Source of the DNA: Octopus sinensis
Lineage: Eukaryota
NCBI RefSeq assembly: GCF_006345805.1
Contig: NC_043001.1
Coordinates: 34,968,001 to 35,032,000 of the forward strand
Direction: 5' to 3'
Length of the DNA: 64,000 nucleotides
The stretch's first letter is position 1, and every line of letters starts with the position of its first letter. A program made the translations under genes and the position numbers. Shown here one piece after another: positions 24,287 to 35,989 of the stretch. The notes beneath the pieces are model-generated. The model did no database searches, was not told where the DNA came from, and saw only the letters and a program-made list of their open reading frames with translations.

Positions 24287-25577
24287 CGAGGGGCGTTCAA
24301 TAAGTAATGCCCCTGACCCACTTCCCATAGCAGTAGAGCAACGAAACTTGGCACAGTTATTAGGCTTTTTCTACATAAGAACCACCCAGAGGTACGCATT
24401 TCTCCCATCGTTTGATGCGGCTCTGGAGACCGTTTTTGTAGAAGAACCCAGCTTGGTCCTCCAACCTCAACGTGATTTCAGATAATCAAGGCTGCATCAT
24501 CTGGGAAACGCTTTCCTTTCAAAAACAACTTCATGATTGGGAAGAGGTGAAAATCAGAGGGTGCAAGGTCAGGAAAGTAGGGGGATGGGGAGGAGTTCAT
24601 AGCCATACGCCTGTGCTTCTGATCTGGCGACAAGCGAGTTGTGGACCGGAGCGTTGTCCTGCAGGAGGAGGATGCCTTTGCTGATCTTGCCCCGCCTCTT
24701 GATTTTGATAACTTCTCTTAATTTCCTGAAAAGTGAAGCATAATAGGCTCCTGCAATTGTGGTACCCTTTGCCAGGAAATCTGTCATCACTACTCCGTCC
24801 TGGTTCCAGAAGACTATGAGCATGACATTGCCAGCTGAGGGCTGCACCCTTGCCTTCTTTGGAGGGGGTGAGTCACGGTGCTTCCACTGCATTGACTGGG
24901 CTTTGGTCTCTGGATCATCGTGATGGACCCAGGTTTCATCCTGTGTAATCAGTCTTTTGAAAAATTTTGACTCATCTTCTTGGCACATCTCCAAATTCAC
25001 TCTCGAGCACTCGACGCGTTCTTGCTTCTGGAAAGGTGTGAGCAACCTGGGAATCCATCTGGCAGACACCTTTTGCATATGCAAATGGTCATGAATGATA
25101 GTTTCCACAGACCCGGTACTAATCTTGACCTCATGGGCTATTTGGCGAATAATTATGCGTCGATCTTCCAAAATGGCAGCCTCAACTTGACGGACAGATG
25201 CCTCATCAATGGCAGAAGGGGGCGACCAGATCTGGGAGCTGTTTTCACAGAGTTCCAACCATGTTTGAATTCACGATGCCAGCGTTTTACAAGGTCATAT
25301 TATGGGGCATCAACACCATAAGTTACTTTCATTTCATCAAAAGTCTCCCGTGGTATGCGTCCTTTCAAATACAAAAACCGGATCACTGCTCGACACTCAA
25401 CAGGCTCCATTTCATACTTGACTCGGTTCAAACACCTGTAAATCAGAAACCACATTTAATTCAGAGCTGTAATTTGCCACTTACTCTATAGAGATATAAA
25501 TGGTTGCACATGCAAAATGTCAGCTAGATCAAACAATTGCAAGTGGGTCAGAGGCATTACTTATTGAACGTCCCTCG
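24287..25577 (-). mobile_element. Full-length mariner (DD34D) DNA transposon
   Basis: ~37-bp TIRs CGAGGG[G/A]CGTTCAATAAGTAATGCC[C/T]CTGACCCACTT, TA target duplication at 24285-86 and 25578-79, length 1291 bp. Confidence 0.95.
24359..25410 (-). pseudogene. Mariner transposase, disrupted
   Basis: MEPVECRAVIRFL..., WIPRLL, ITQDETW, LQDNAPVH and reconstructed HPPYSPDLAPSDF give D..D34D spacing. There is one premature TAA (~25302) and 1-nt losses in C-runs (~25225, ~24590). Confidence 0.9.
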
Positions 25578-25768
25578 TATTCTCAGTGTCCTCACACACA
25601 CACACACACACATATATATATGTATATATATTACCTTCTGTACTTTTATAAATGTATCCTCTTTACATGTTGAAGGCCATGGTAATGTTTATATATAATG
25701 AAATGTAAGGAAGCGTGGTGTTATATAAGGTCGTTGACCCGAATTTAATGTATCTTTTCTAATAACTG

Positions 25769-25858
<90 letters not shown>

Positions 25859-26229
25859 TATGTGTGTATGTATGTATGTATGTATGCATACGACGAACTT
25901 CCACAGTTTCTATCCACCAAATTTACTCGGACAACCTTGGTCGACTCTAGGCAAAATCTAAGAAACACTTACCCAATGTACCACACAAACCACATACCGC
26001 ACTTCCATATTTGGCTATTGCTCTTTGTGTGCATGCGCGTTTAGGTATGTGCGTGTATATATATATATATATATATGCATCAATTTATAGAAAGTCAGAA
26101 TGAAGAAGAGAGAATGATAGTATGTGCTTAGTGTATGATAGAGAGTATACGATAGTCAAGAATACGATAAATATATGGATGAATAAACTGCTAAACGGTT
26201 TCATGTAGAGAAGAATCAAAGGGAGAATA

Positions 26230-26470
26230 CAAGAAATACAAATTGTATGGTATTTCCCCGGGAAATTCTCGTGCGAATTTACAGTATTGAGTCGGCTTTC
26301 TTTGATCAATGTTCTACCATACATTGTAGGTTGATTCTTTTGGAAACGTTTTTGATTGATTTTGAAGTCAGAAAGCTTACATGCACACGGAAATCTAGCA
26401 CACCGATTGTAAGATTCCGCGCATCCTTGTCATGCAATAACATCGTATCGTGAGTATAAGCACACAATCC
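26230..26470 (-). mobile_element. Possible decayed PLE endonuclease 3' fragment
   Basis: RTLIKESRLNTVNSHENFPGKYHTI resembles RxxKEAxxI...N...GxxLPxxY. Confidence 0.25.
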
Positions 26471-27113
26471 AATGACATTTCTGACAATTGACTGACATCA
26501 CGTTATACATGTTTATTTTTCACACACACACACACATACATGCACTCACACACACACACACAAACACACGAGCGCAAACATACATACATATACATATATA
26601 CGCTCGTACATATATCTGAACATCTATGTGTACAAATGTATAATTGAGCTTATATGAATTTGGGAGTGTGTATGTGTGTGTGTGAGAGTGTGTTTGCGTG
26701 CGAGTGTCAGCGGGATTGAATTGGTGATTTATCAATATTGCTTCACGACAAAGATTCTTTAAACGCACAAACGCACGCAATGAAACGAATCAGACGTATA
26801 AAACACATTCCTACGCATCGTAATTTGTCAATTAATACACAGAGATGAACTACATACACCAGATAATAAGAAGACATCCATGAAGAGTATTAATACATTT
26901 ACATAGATAAGTATCCCCCCCTCACACACATACTTATAACCTTGTAGTATTGACAGTCGAGAGAAAGAGTACGTGATACAATAATACAGATTAAAGATAT
27001 TTTATTTTCCTCGTGTCAGTCTGTTGTGGTTGAGTGCACCGACTCGTAAAACTCAGAATAGCAAGAGACCGACTCGACTAATATAAAATATAATTTAGCA
27101 TACACGCACGCAC

Positions 27114-27175
<62 letters not shown>

Positions 27176-27235
27176 ATGTTTCTGTATGTATGCATGTATG
27201 TATGATTATACTGGTACATACAAGCTTATATATCA

Positions 27236-27430
27236 CCCTGATCACCGTGACCAACCAGGCTATCATATGTTGCTACATATCGCTGATCACAATGCGCTTC
27301 GGATTGTTTTGGCCTTCTAATGACGCCAGCTCACTGGCTAAGCTAGCAGGGCAACAGAAGAAGGAGTGACAGAAAGAGTGCAGCAGGGATCGTGGAGCTT
27401 TTAGGTGTTTTCGCTCAATAACAGTCGCAA
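27236..27430 (-). mobile_element. SINE family A partial copy, tail variant b
   Basis: Reverse complement matches 1100-1313 with an internal deletion. Confidence 0.75.
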
Positions 27431-27595
27431 CGCAGGGTTTATATATATACAACAAAGACTATCTGGTTCTCGACTGATGATTGAAAGCACCGAATGACCC
27501 GTCCTTGTTTTTACCTATCCATTTTTGTATTGTCTAACTGTCCGAATGTTTTGTTGTCGCCTGTTACGTTGTTGCTCCATTTTTTATTTTGGCAG

Positions 27596-27809
27596 AAGGG
27601 CGGCGAGCTGGCAGAAACGTTAGCACGTCGGGCGAAATGCGTAGCCGTATTTCGTCTGCCGTTACGTTCTGAGTTCAAATTCCGCCGAGGTCGACTTTGC
27701 CTTTCATTCTTTCGGGGTCGATAAATTAAGTACCAGTTACGCACTGGCGTCGATGTAATCGACTTAATCCGTTTGTTTGTCCTTGTTTAGCCCTTTGTGG
27801 GTAGTAAAT

Positions 27810-27810
<1 letters not shown>
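27596..27810 (+). mobile_element. SINE family C, young subfamily
   Basis: GGCGGCGAGCTGGCAGAAACGTTAGCACG...GAGTTCAAATTCCGCCGAGGTCGAC...; near-identical to 61152-61384. Confidence 0.9.
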
Positions 27811-27843
<33 letters not shown>

Positions 27844-28386
27844 GCACATATATATATATATAACTTAACACAATGGATTAGGTACAGCAAGAAACTTTAT
27901 GGACGTGCTCGAAATCCTTTTGTGTGACATTAATCTGCTTGATCAGAGCTAAAAATGGAGATTAAACGCATAAAATTAACAAATAAGATAAACATATACG
28001 ATGGCAGATACAGAGACTGATTCACGTCTATTCTGTCGATATACAAATGAAAGAGAATGTCATAAGAAGGTCAGTCACATTTATGCATAATATCCGAAGC
28101 ATTTTGTGTAATTTTCAGAGAAATTATTAATTATTCAATACAATTATACATTTCAGATTGACAATAGACAATATCATTTACTTGTATGCATTTAAATGTA
28201 TGTTCTATAGTTGATTTCTATACGCAATAATGAGGTATATTTAAATGAAGAAAAGCCGCATTGTAGCTTTTCTTGTTGTTTATAGCTATTTTGCTATGAT
28301 TTAATTTAAACTCGAGCGAAGAGAATGCATAGCATGTAAACAGATCCTCGCTATTGTTCCTGTAATCCACTGCATTTATACATACA

Positions 28387-28422
<36 letters not shown>

Positions 28423-28589
28423 TATATATGTATATATTAAAGGAAGGATGTAGTCAGAATTTTGGATAATTCTTTATTAGCGCTTTCGTATGACTGTCTC
28501 CTTAATATGCAATATCTATACACCACTACCAAAATCAATATATATATATATATATATATATCTTAAAGTGGTGCTCCAGCATGGTCGCT

Positions 28590-29815
28590 GTCAAATCACC
28601 TTACCTCGAAGAGTGTGTTCTCAAGAAAAATCGCAGCAAAAGCAGCAGAATGTAAAAATAATCAAGACAAATGAAATTATACAAAATAAAATGATTACCT
28701 ACGTATCATGATTTCGTTAACACATGCATAATGCAAAATGTAACTCCTCAGTGTATTCTGTCGCATTTCAAAATATTTCGCAGAACTATACAGAGAAACG
28801 TTCACCCGAAAGAAAACTCATGTACATTTCTGCAAAATGTATTTGGGGTTATCTTTCAAATGTCTCCATGTTGGCGCGCTGAGGCCGGAAATAACTCTGC
28901 AGATAATAAATTACCGCAGTTAATTTACCAATTAGAGAACATTGCTATTTTAAATTAAATAATTGAGGGTAGAAATTGATATCAATCAATTAACATCATT
29001 TTAAACCAGTGGTCTAGCATATTTTTTTTTTAAATCCGAAGATTTAAAAATTATATTACAATTAATAAGAGGAATGACCACTAAAGTGGATTCCTAATAT
29101 GTTAAAGATAGACGTCAAATCGCGAAGTGGGTGTTCTCAAGGAAAATCTCAGCAAAAACGCCAGAATGTAATAGGAATCCACTTTAGTGTTCATTCCTTT
29201 TATTAATTGTGATATAATTTTTAAATTTTCGGATTTAAAAAAAAATATGCTAGGTCACTGATTTAAATTGATGTTGATTGATATCAATTTCTAGCCTCAT
29301 TATTTAATCTAAAATAGCAATATTCTCCAGCCGGTAAATTAACAGCGGTAATTTATTATCTGCAAGGTTATTTCCGGCCTCATCGCGCCAAATTGAAGAC
29401 ATTTGAAAGATACTACCAAATATATTTTGCAGAACTGTACATGAGTTTTCTTTCGGGTGAACGTTTGCGTGTATAGCCCTGTGAAATATGTTTTGTAATA
29501 TGACAGACTATGCTGAAGAGTTACAGATAATTGCATTTTGCATTTTCCAAGTGTTAATAACGAAGTAGTGATACGTAAGTAATCGTTTTATTTTGTATAT
29601 TTTCATTTGTCTTGATTATTTTTACATTCTGGCGTTTTTGCTGAGATTTTTCTTGAGAACACACTCTTCGTGGTAAGGCGATTTGACGTCTATCTTTAGC
29701 ATATTAGGAATCCACTTTAGTGGTCATTCCTCTCATTAATTGTAATGTAATTTTTAAATCTTCGGATTTCTTAAAATATGCTAGACCACTGGTTTAAATT
29801 GATGTTGATTGATTT
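28590..29815. repeat. ~524-533-bp tandem repeat with orientation switch near 29172
   Basis: GTCAAATC recurs at 28590 and 29114. GGAATCCACTTTAGTG recurs at 29174 and 29707 in the opposite orientation. The right half is the reverse complement of the left unit. Confidence 0.8.
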
Positions 29816-29950
29816 CTATTATAGTCAGAAAACAATATATTTTAAGGAGAGTTTAACCGGATTTATTAACCGCAAGATTTGACTGGCACATTCATTTTTC
29901 GATTTTGTAAAAGAGAAATACGAAGTATACTCAAGCACTCTGCTATATCG

Positions 29951-30117
29951 CAATACTACACAGTGGCTGTGTGAGCTACGAAATACTCGTCGCCACTGTT
30001 ACGTCACAATACTACACAGTGGCTGTGTGAGCTACGAAATACTCGTCGCCACTGTTACGTCACAATACTACACAGTGGCTGTGTGTGCTACGAAATCCTT
30101 GTCTCTGCTGTTATGTC
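29951..30117 (+). repeat. 56-bp tandem repeat, 3 copies
   Basis: Units start at 29951, 30007 and 30063. The first two are identical and the third is diverged. Internal inverted repeat ACAGTGGC/GCCACTGT. Confidence 0.9.
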
Positions 30118-30949
30118 GCACGTTCGGACGACCTCTACACAACTCTTCCCTCACGACGTCTAGACTTCTCCCTCTATATCTGCGTATTGGGCTAGTCTAC
30201 TTCATCGTCTGGGGGCGTCCACAAAACACACTCGTTATGTAAAGTTACATAAGTTAATACCATCTACGAACGTCTAGGTTTGTAGATAATATCAAGACAC
30301 CTGTACCTGGTTGATAGATGAACAAATCAAACTACTAACGAGCAGGGGCTGAAGTTCACATCTCCTGAAAAAGAAAGCATCCTGGTTTGTTAGTCAATTA
30401 TAGTTCAAGCATCCTCACAAATAGCTTCCGTAATGAAATATCATATAATAGATTGTTGTCCAAACAGCATGAGATAGCTACTCTGTGGACACCTTTAACA
30501 CAACTCCATGATAACATAAGAATTGTAATATTGCAAAAGAGATAATAAAACACCAAAAATAAATAAATCTAATTATTATTCCGTATATTTATACGGTGTA
30601 ATGAATAGAAAGAACGATATCGAATTAATTAACAACCTTTCTTCGCCAATAACAGGATATTAACTGCATTATATTCCCCAGGATTTGATGGCTCTCTAAA
30701 GAAAATAGTTTTGGAAACAATCCAATGTCAATGGCTTTGTCAGTCTGCCACAGAGATAACAAATTAATCAGATTAATATATCCATCACATAATTGAAGAT
30801 GTAGAAGTAGGGAATTAATGGAGTCATATCAATAAACAGATTATAGAATTTATGATAACCATTGCTCGATGCTAATGTCGTAGCATGCACTGAAAATATA
30901 AGAAAACTGTTAAAGGGTTCTATATTTGGATGTCGGTACTTAATTTTTA

Positions 30950-31420
30950 TGAGATATTTTATATCTGTAGACAAAGGTTTATTGCTCAGCCTGTTTGTGC
31001 TGATCGTTCTCAAGCCATTTCTGAATGACCACAGGTATTTTTTAGGTGTATGCAGTCTAGGACATCTTTATCTAATGTTTCTAACTGATCAAGCGTTTAC
31101 ACGGAGTCCCATTCATTATCCCGATATAACTCAACTTGGTAGACGTTGTAGAGTTTTGTAATCACTGTTTCAGAATTCAACTACTTACATCGTAATCACA
31201 ATTTTATATAGATGGCTTAAATAAATTTCAATAGCGTTATTGTATCCCACTTGCATATACAGCGACCAGAACTTGTATATCTTATTCAATGTCTTTCTCC
31301 AGCAAACTATGGCGTTTATGAAATATAAACAGTGAGTTGCTTGCTGCACGTGTTGCTTAGCATCAGGTCAATCTTCATACAGTGGATCCTATGATCAAAC
31401 ACCCTCTCCCATGCATACTC
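30950..31420 (-). mobile_element. Old R4/Dong-like RT C-terminal fragment
   Basis: Frameshifted motifs IGIMNGT (cf. GILDWT) and RLHTPKK...RNGLRTI (cf. RLYxxRxxGGRGLxSI). Confidence 0.4.
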
Positions 31421-32440
31421 ACATGGGTTATATTTTTCAGACACATATATCTAGACTTTCATTATCTGATGATAAATCTAATACGCTAGCGTATAAGCTG
31501 AGGCAGATTTGCGTACTATTTTAGCAAGCCTTTGCGACAACGTAGACGCTACAGCATCGAGTCCCAACTTCCCTAAAAAGCGGGGTTTATGTTAGTTGTG
31601 TGAGTCATCTTTACATTTGTTAATGAACCCTTTAATATTTGTTTACATTGATGCATTTTATTTGCATATATTTTCTACATATGCCAAATCAAATTTTCTT
31701 TTTCTACAATTATTGTTTTGTAATGATGTTAAAGATTTGGAATATAACTAGACCAAAAATTGCTTGTTAGTTTCTTATATTAATTATTGTGTTTTAAATA
31801 TCTTAATTCGTCTTACACAATTTTCTGAAATGAATAGATTATATTTTGGAAGTAATACAATGAAAATATCGAAAATTGGAATATGAGCATGCTTATTAAT
31901 GTGTGAAGGTAGATGCACCGAAGCGTGGAAATTACAGGAAAGTAATACTTTCTTAGACCTAAGTAAAATATCTGCTGCTGGCGAGATATATATATATTTA
32001 ATTGGTTAAAGTTGTCTATGGAAATTAGTATAAAGGCAGCAAGTGATAGAGGGAGAATAATAGATTATTAAATAAAACAGGAAAGTACAGAGGGGGAAAA
32101 GAAGGATGGACAAATAGGAACGGAGTAAAGGAAATAAATAAAACTTGAGTGAAACGAATCTATTATGATTCAGTTAAAAAACGTCTTTAGAAATATATTT
32201 TAAGAGTTGGAAATGGAACAAAAGAATAGTACAAGTGCTTGTTTATATATGGATTGAAGAGAAGAAATTGTGCACATAGTATTATACATTTAGAAAATGT
32301 TCTATGTGAGAAATTTCCATGTAGAAATTCATGTTTAAAACTGCAAACTTATTATCAGAGATATTGGAAGATAACGGAAATAGATCTTGGAGGAGAGAAA
32401 TATGGAATGAATGTAATATATGTATGTCTGTGTGTGTGTG

Positions 32441-32472
<32 letters not shown>

Positions 32473-32700
32473 CGATGTATATATGTGTTAGTTGTAGATA
32501 CACATGTTTGTTCCGCTGAAGTGGAAACTAAACAAAAATGGGCGAACGAGGGATAAGAGCCATATGAATAGTAAGAAATGGTAAGAAAAGGAAATTAAAA
32601 TGGAAATTGAAAAGAAAATGACAATCTCAGGGATGAGAAAGGACAGTAATTTAAAGATATGCATGCATATATATATGTGTGTGTGTACATGTATATGTAC

Positions 32701-32787
<87 letters not shown>

Positions 32788-33017
32788 GAAACGAACGAAA
32801 TTCATGTTTAAAACTGCAAATTTATTATCAGAGATAATACTTTTGCTGCTGTATTTATAGAGGAACAGGTAGATTTAGCTCCTCATACTGATTAACTTCT
32901 ATGGAAGTGAAAATACGATCAACTTCTCGAATATTTAGAAGCAAAAGTCCGAATGACCGAAGTAGTGTCCCTGTTTTCGCGTCCAATGTACTTTCAGTGC
33001 GGAGCAGAAGCCATTTC

Positions 33018-33081
33018 TAGCAGACGAGGTGTCAGTACTGAAGAGAGGCAGCAATAGCCCGAAACAAGGCTGGTTTGCTAG
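33018..33081 (+). ncRNA. Degenerate type I hammerhead-like motif
   Basis: CTAGCAGAC...CTGAAGA-GAGGC-AGCAATA-GCCC-GAAA-CAAGGC-TG-GTTTGCTAG. There is no U at 16.1. Confidence 0.4.
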
Positions 33082-33646
33082 CCCCGTCGCTAGAAGGTGG
33101 TAGGGGTTCGCTCCCCTGCTCGCAATATATCGGATGCAGCTTTGTATCGTTAACCAAATAGAGGAGATTTCCTCTTGGGGTAAAAATTTCGCTGTAAAAT
33201 CTATTCGGACGGGACAGATATGTTGAGGAGACTACGGACATTACTTGTTAGTGTAACCACTGCGTTCATATATATACATATATATACACACATATATATA
33301 TATACATAGATATACATATATATGTATATATCTAAGTTTATATATATATATAATAATATTTAAGAGTATCTAAGAGATACCACCATGCTAGAGATAGCTG
33401 TAAAAACTTGACACTGAAACCACATCATGTATTCATACTGGATGTAACTTTTGGTAGCTTATTTGTCAATTTGTTTTCACCTTGTGCTAAATGAAATCAT
33501 GATGTAGTTTTAGAGTCAGGTTTTGACTGCTATCTCTAGCATGGTCGTAACTCTTACATACTCTTAATTATAATTTTAACACTAATTATTCCCTATAAAG
33601 TTTTTCCCAAGTTGACCACTTGATATCATCGTTATTTTTAATAACG

Positions 33647-33647
<1 letters not shown>

Positions 33648-33685
<38 letters not shown>

Positions 33686-33694
33686 CATACATAC

Positions 33695-33751
<57 letters not shown>

Positions 33752-34102
33752 TAATATATAAACGGCAAAATGTCTGTGTGTGTCCTTTATACAAATCCAC
33801 AATTCTCAGTTAGAGAGCTCGCACATTCTATGATCATTCAGAACCGCCCAAGGGTGGTCGTGCACTTTTTTAGATTTCCCAGTCTCCCCGCAACGCCATT
33901 AAAAAATCAATGGAAGTGACTTTTTGTGAATTTTCTATCCAAAACCCAATCAAAATGCCCGAAACTTGATACGCCAATTGAATGCCAGCTAACTGTATGT
34001 GACTGGTCGGAGATTTGAACAGTACTCGCGTGTATGTGCGCACGCACGCAGCTGTATATGCATGCACTAGCACTATGACCCGCAACGCCGGGTCATAGTG
34101 CT

Positions 34103-34104
<2 letters not shown>
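33648..34104 (+). mobile_element. Non-autonomous Helitron-like element
   Basis: TC followed by expanded (TA)n at the 5' end. The 3' end has a 14-bp-stem hairpin AGCACTATGACCCG-CAACGC-CGGGTCATAGTGCT (34069-34102) ending near a mutated CTAG-like terminus. No TIR or TSD. Confidence 0.6.
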
Positions 34105-34135
<31 letters not shown>

Positions 34136-34141
34136 ATAATA

Positions 34142-34230
<89 letters not shown>

Positions 34231-34307
34231 AACAGAAACCAAGCCATGTGTAGGAACAACAAGCGAGTGTATTAGTTTAACACAACGCTCGGGAAGAATG
34301 GCAAAGT

Positions 34308-34343
34308 CTTTTACGTTTCGGGTCCACGCTCTTCGACAGAAAG
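34308..34343 (-). ncRNA. Ultra-minimal hammerhead-like motif in PLE-like repeat (about 34226-34740)
   Basis: CTTT-CTGTCGA-A-GAGC-GTGG-ACCC-GAAA-CG-TA-AAAG. Same family as 40305 and 40843. Confidence 0.5.
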
Positions 34344-35679
34344 GATTAAGAAGAAGAAAAGGAGAGAGAATACTAAAAGAAAAGAAAAACAGAGAGGGAA
34401 AACCATTTTTTGTAGGAATTAACGGTTCAACATGACGAAATAGCCAGAAGGGGCTTGAATGAAAAGGAGATAATGTCGGTGACCCGTCCAAACGAAATTT
34501 TTTTCTCATGCGCGTGTGTATGTGAAAATGGTGTGTGCGAGAGTGTATGTATGAAATAGGGTGAGTATGTGAGTATCTTTGTGTGAGGGAGCTGAAAAAT
34601 ATGTGGATCTGTGTGTGTGCGTATGTGAGTAAATGACCAAGTGCGCATATTATGTGGAGTAGACTTTTTTATAGTCTCTATGAATTTTGAATGATTGCAA
34701 ATGTTATAGTTAATTGACTTAAAAAACATGTCAAAAACCAAAATTTCTTTTTAAGCAAATTAAAATTGATTATATCTACGGAAAAGTCCTGTGATTGTGT
34801 TAAGTGAGCACATATCACGACATAGCCCTTCTTTTTTATTTCTTTAAAACTTGCAATTGAAATATCATCGCTGATTTGGTCCGCAGATTTTCCTGCCGCT
34901 TCAAGACCGTAAATATTTCCAGTAAGAAACCTTATTTTCGGTGCAGATCTAAGATGATTAAAACAGTCTGATGCAAGCTATTAGTTCTCATTATTGATTA
35001 TCAAAAGCCCTTGTGGCCAATAAACAATTTAATTATTGATTATTATTTATCATTCCCGTCTTACAAAATATCAATATGTGGGTTTAAACTTAGAACTTCA
35101 AGAAATGAGACCAACTTTGCAATATTTAATCTGACACGTTTCTTTCACTCGCTGATCTTGGCGTCTCATTTGAATATATAAACACTAGTCTAGTGTGTTA
35201 TGTACTTCCAAACTGCATACATTAAGTACGAATGCTTCAGTTTAAATGGAAAGCCTGTTGAAATACGGTTTCCTGTTTGGTTACCTCTCATTTTACGGTA
35301 ATCGGTTTATTTTAAAGATAATTACTTTTATAACAATAATACTCACTCTTTGGTGAAATTACATATAATTGACAGAACCAGTAAAATACTTATATGAAAC
35401 ATCAGAGTTTTCGTTTTAATTTTAAACAAAGATGAATTTTAGCATTCTCTAATTAATAATAGCGTTTTAATTCTTGCATCATGATTGACTTCAGCTTAAT
35501 CACATCAGATTTAGCCGGGTATTTTTCCTTTTTATCATTCATTTTCTAGAAAACTATCTGGGGAATTTGTACTATTAGATTATTTTTTGGCATTAACTGA
35601 TATAAACCACTAGTGTAGCAATTCTGTATTGGTTACGAATAAATATATTAGCTGTTTTATATAGCACGTGTTTAATGAA

Positions 35680-35989
35680 GTGGAGGCGCAATAGCCCAGT
35701 GGTTGGGGCAGCGGACTCGCGGTCGGAGGATCGCGGTTTCGATTCCCAGACCGGGCGTTGTGTGTGTTTATTGAGCGAAAACACCTAGAAGCTCCACGAG
35801 GCTCCAGCAGGGGGTGGTGGCGACCCCTGATGAACTCTTTCATCACGACTTTCTCTCACTTTTTCTTTCTGCTTCTTGAGTAACGCTGCGATGGATTGGC
35901 GTCCCGTCCAGCTGGGCGAACACATACGCCACAGAAACCGGACCCATGAGCCTGGCTAGGCTTGAAAAGGACGACGTTTATCATTTTTA
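35680..35989 (+). mobile_element. SINE family A, tail variant c
   Basis: Family A head and core. The tail GCTGCGATGGATTGGCGTCCCGTCCAG...GAAACCGGACC is shared with 44885-45090. 10-bp TSD TGTTTAATGA. Confidence 0.85.

Noticed and set aside
27466-27505. CTGATGA...CGAAT...GTC hammerhead-like string (homologue at about 4270-4315, minus strand)
   Set aside because: Stem I does not pair in either copy, GAAA is absent, and in the homologue GAGG/CCTC pairing consumes the supposed core.
29330-29720. Series of GT..AG signals suggesting a micro-exon array in the 530-bp repeat
   Set aside because: One implied intron is only 27 nt, another ends in a weak GAG, and no consistent reading frame emerges.
29951-30117. 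Palindromic repeats resembling a CRISPR array
   Set aside because: The units are contiguous with no unique spacers, there are no cas genes, and the context is eukaryotic.
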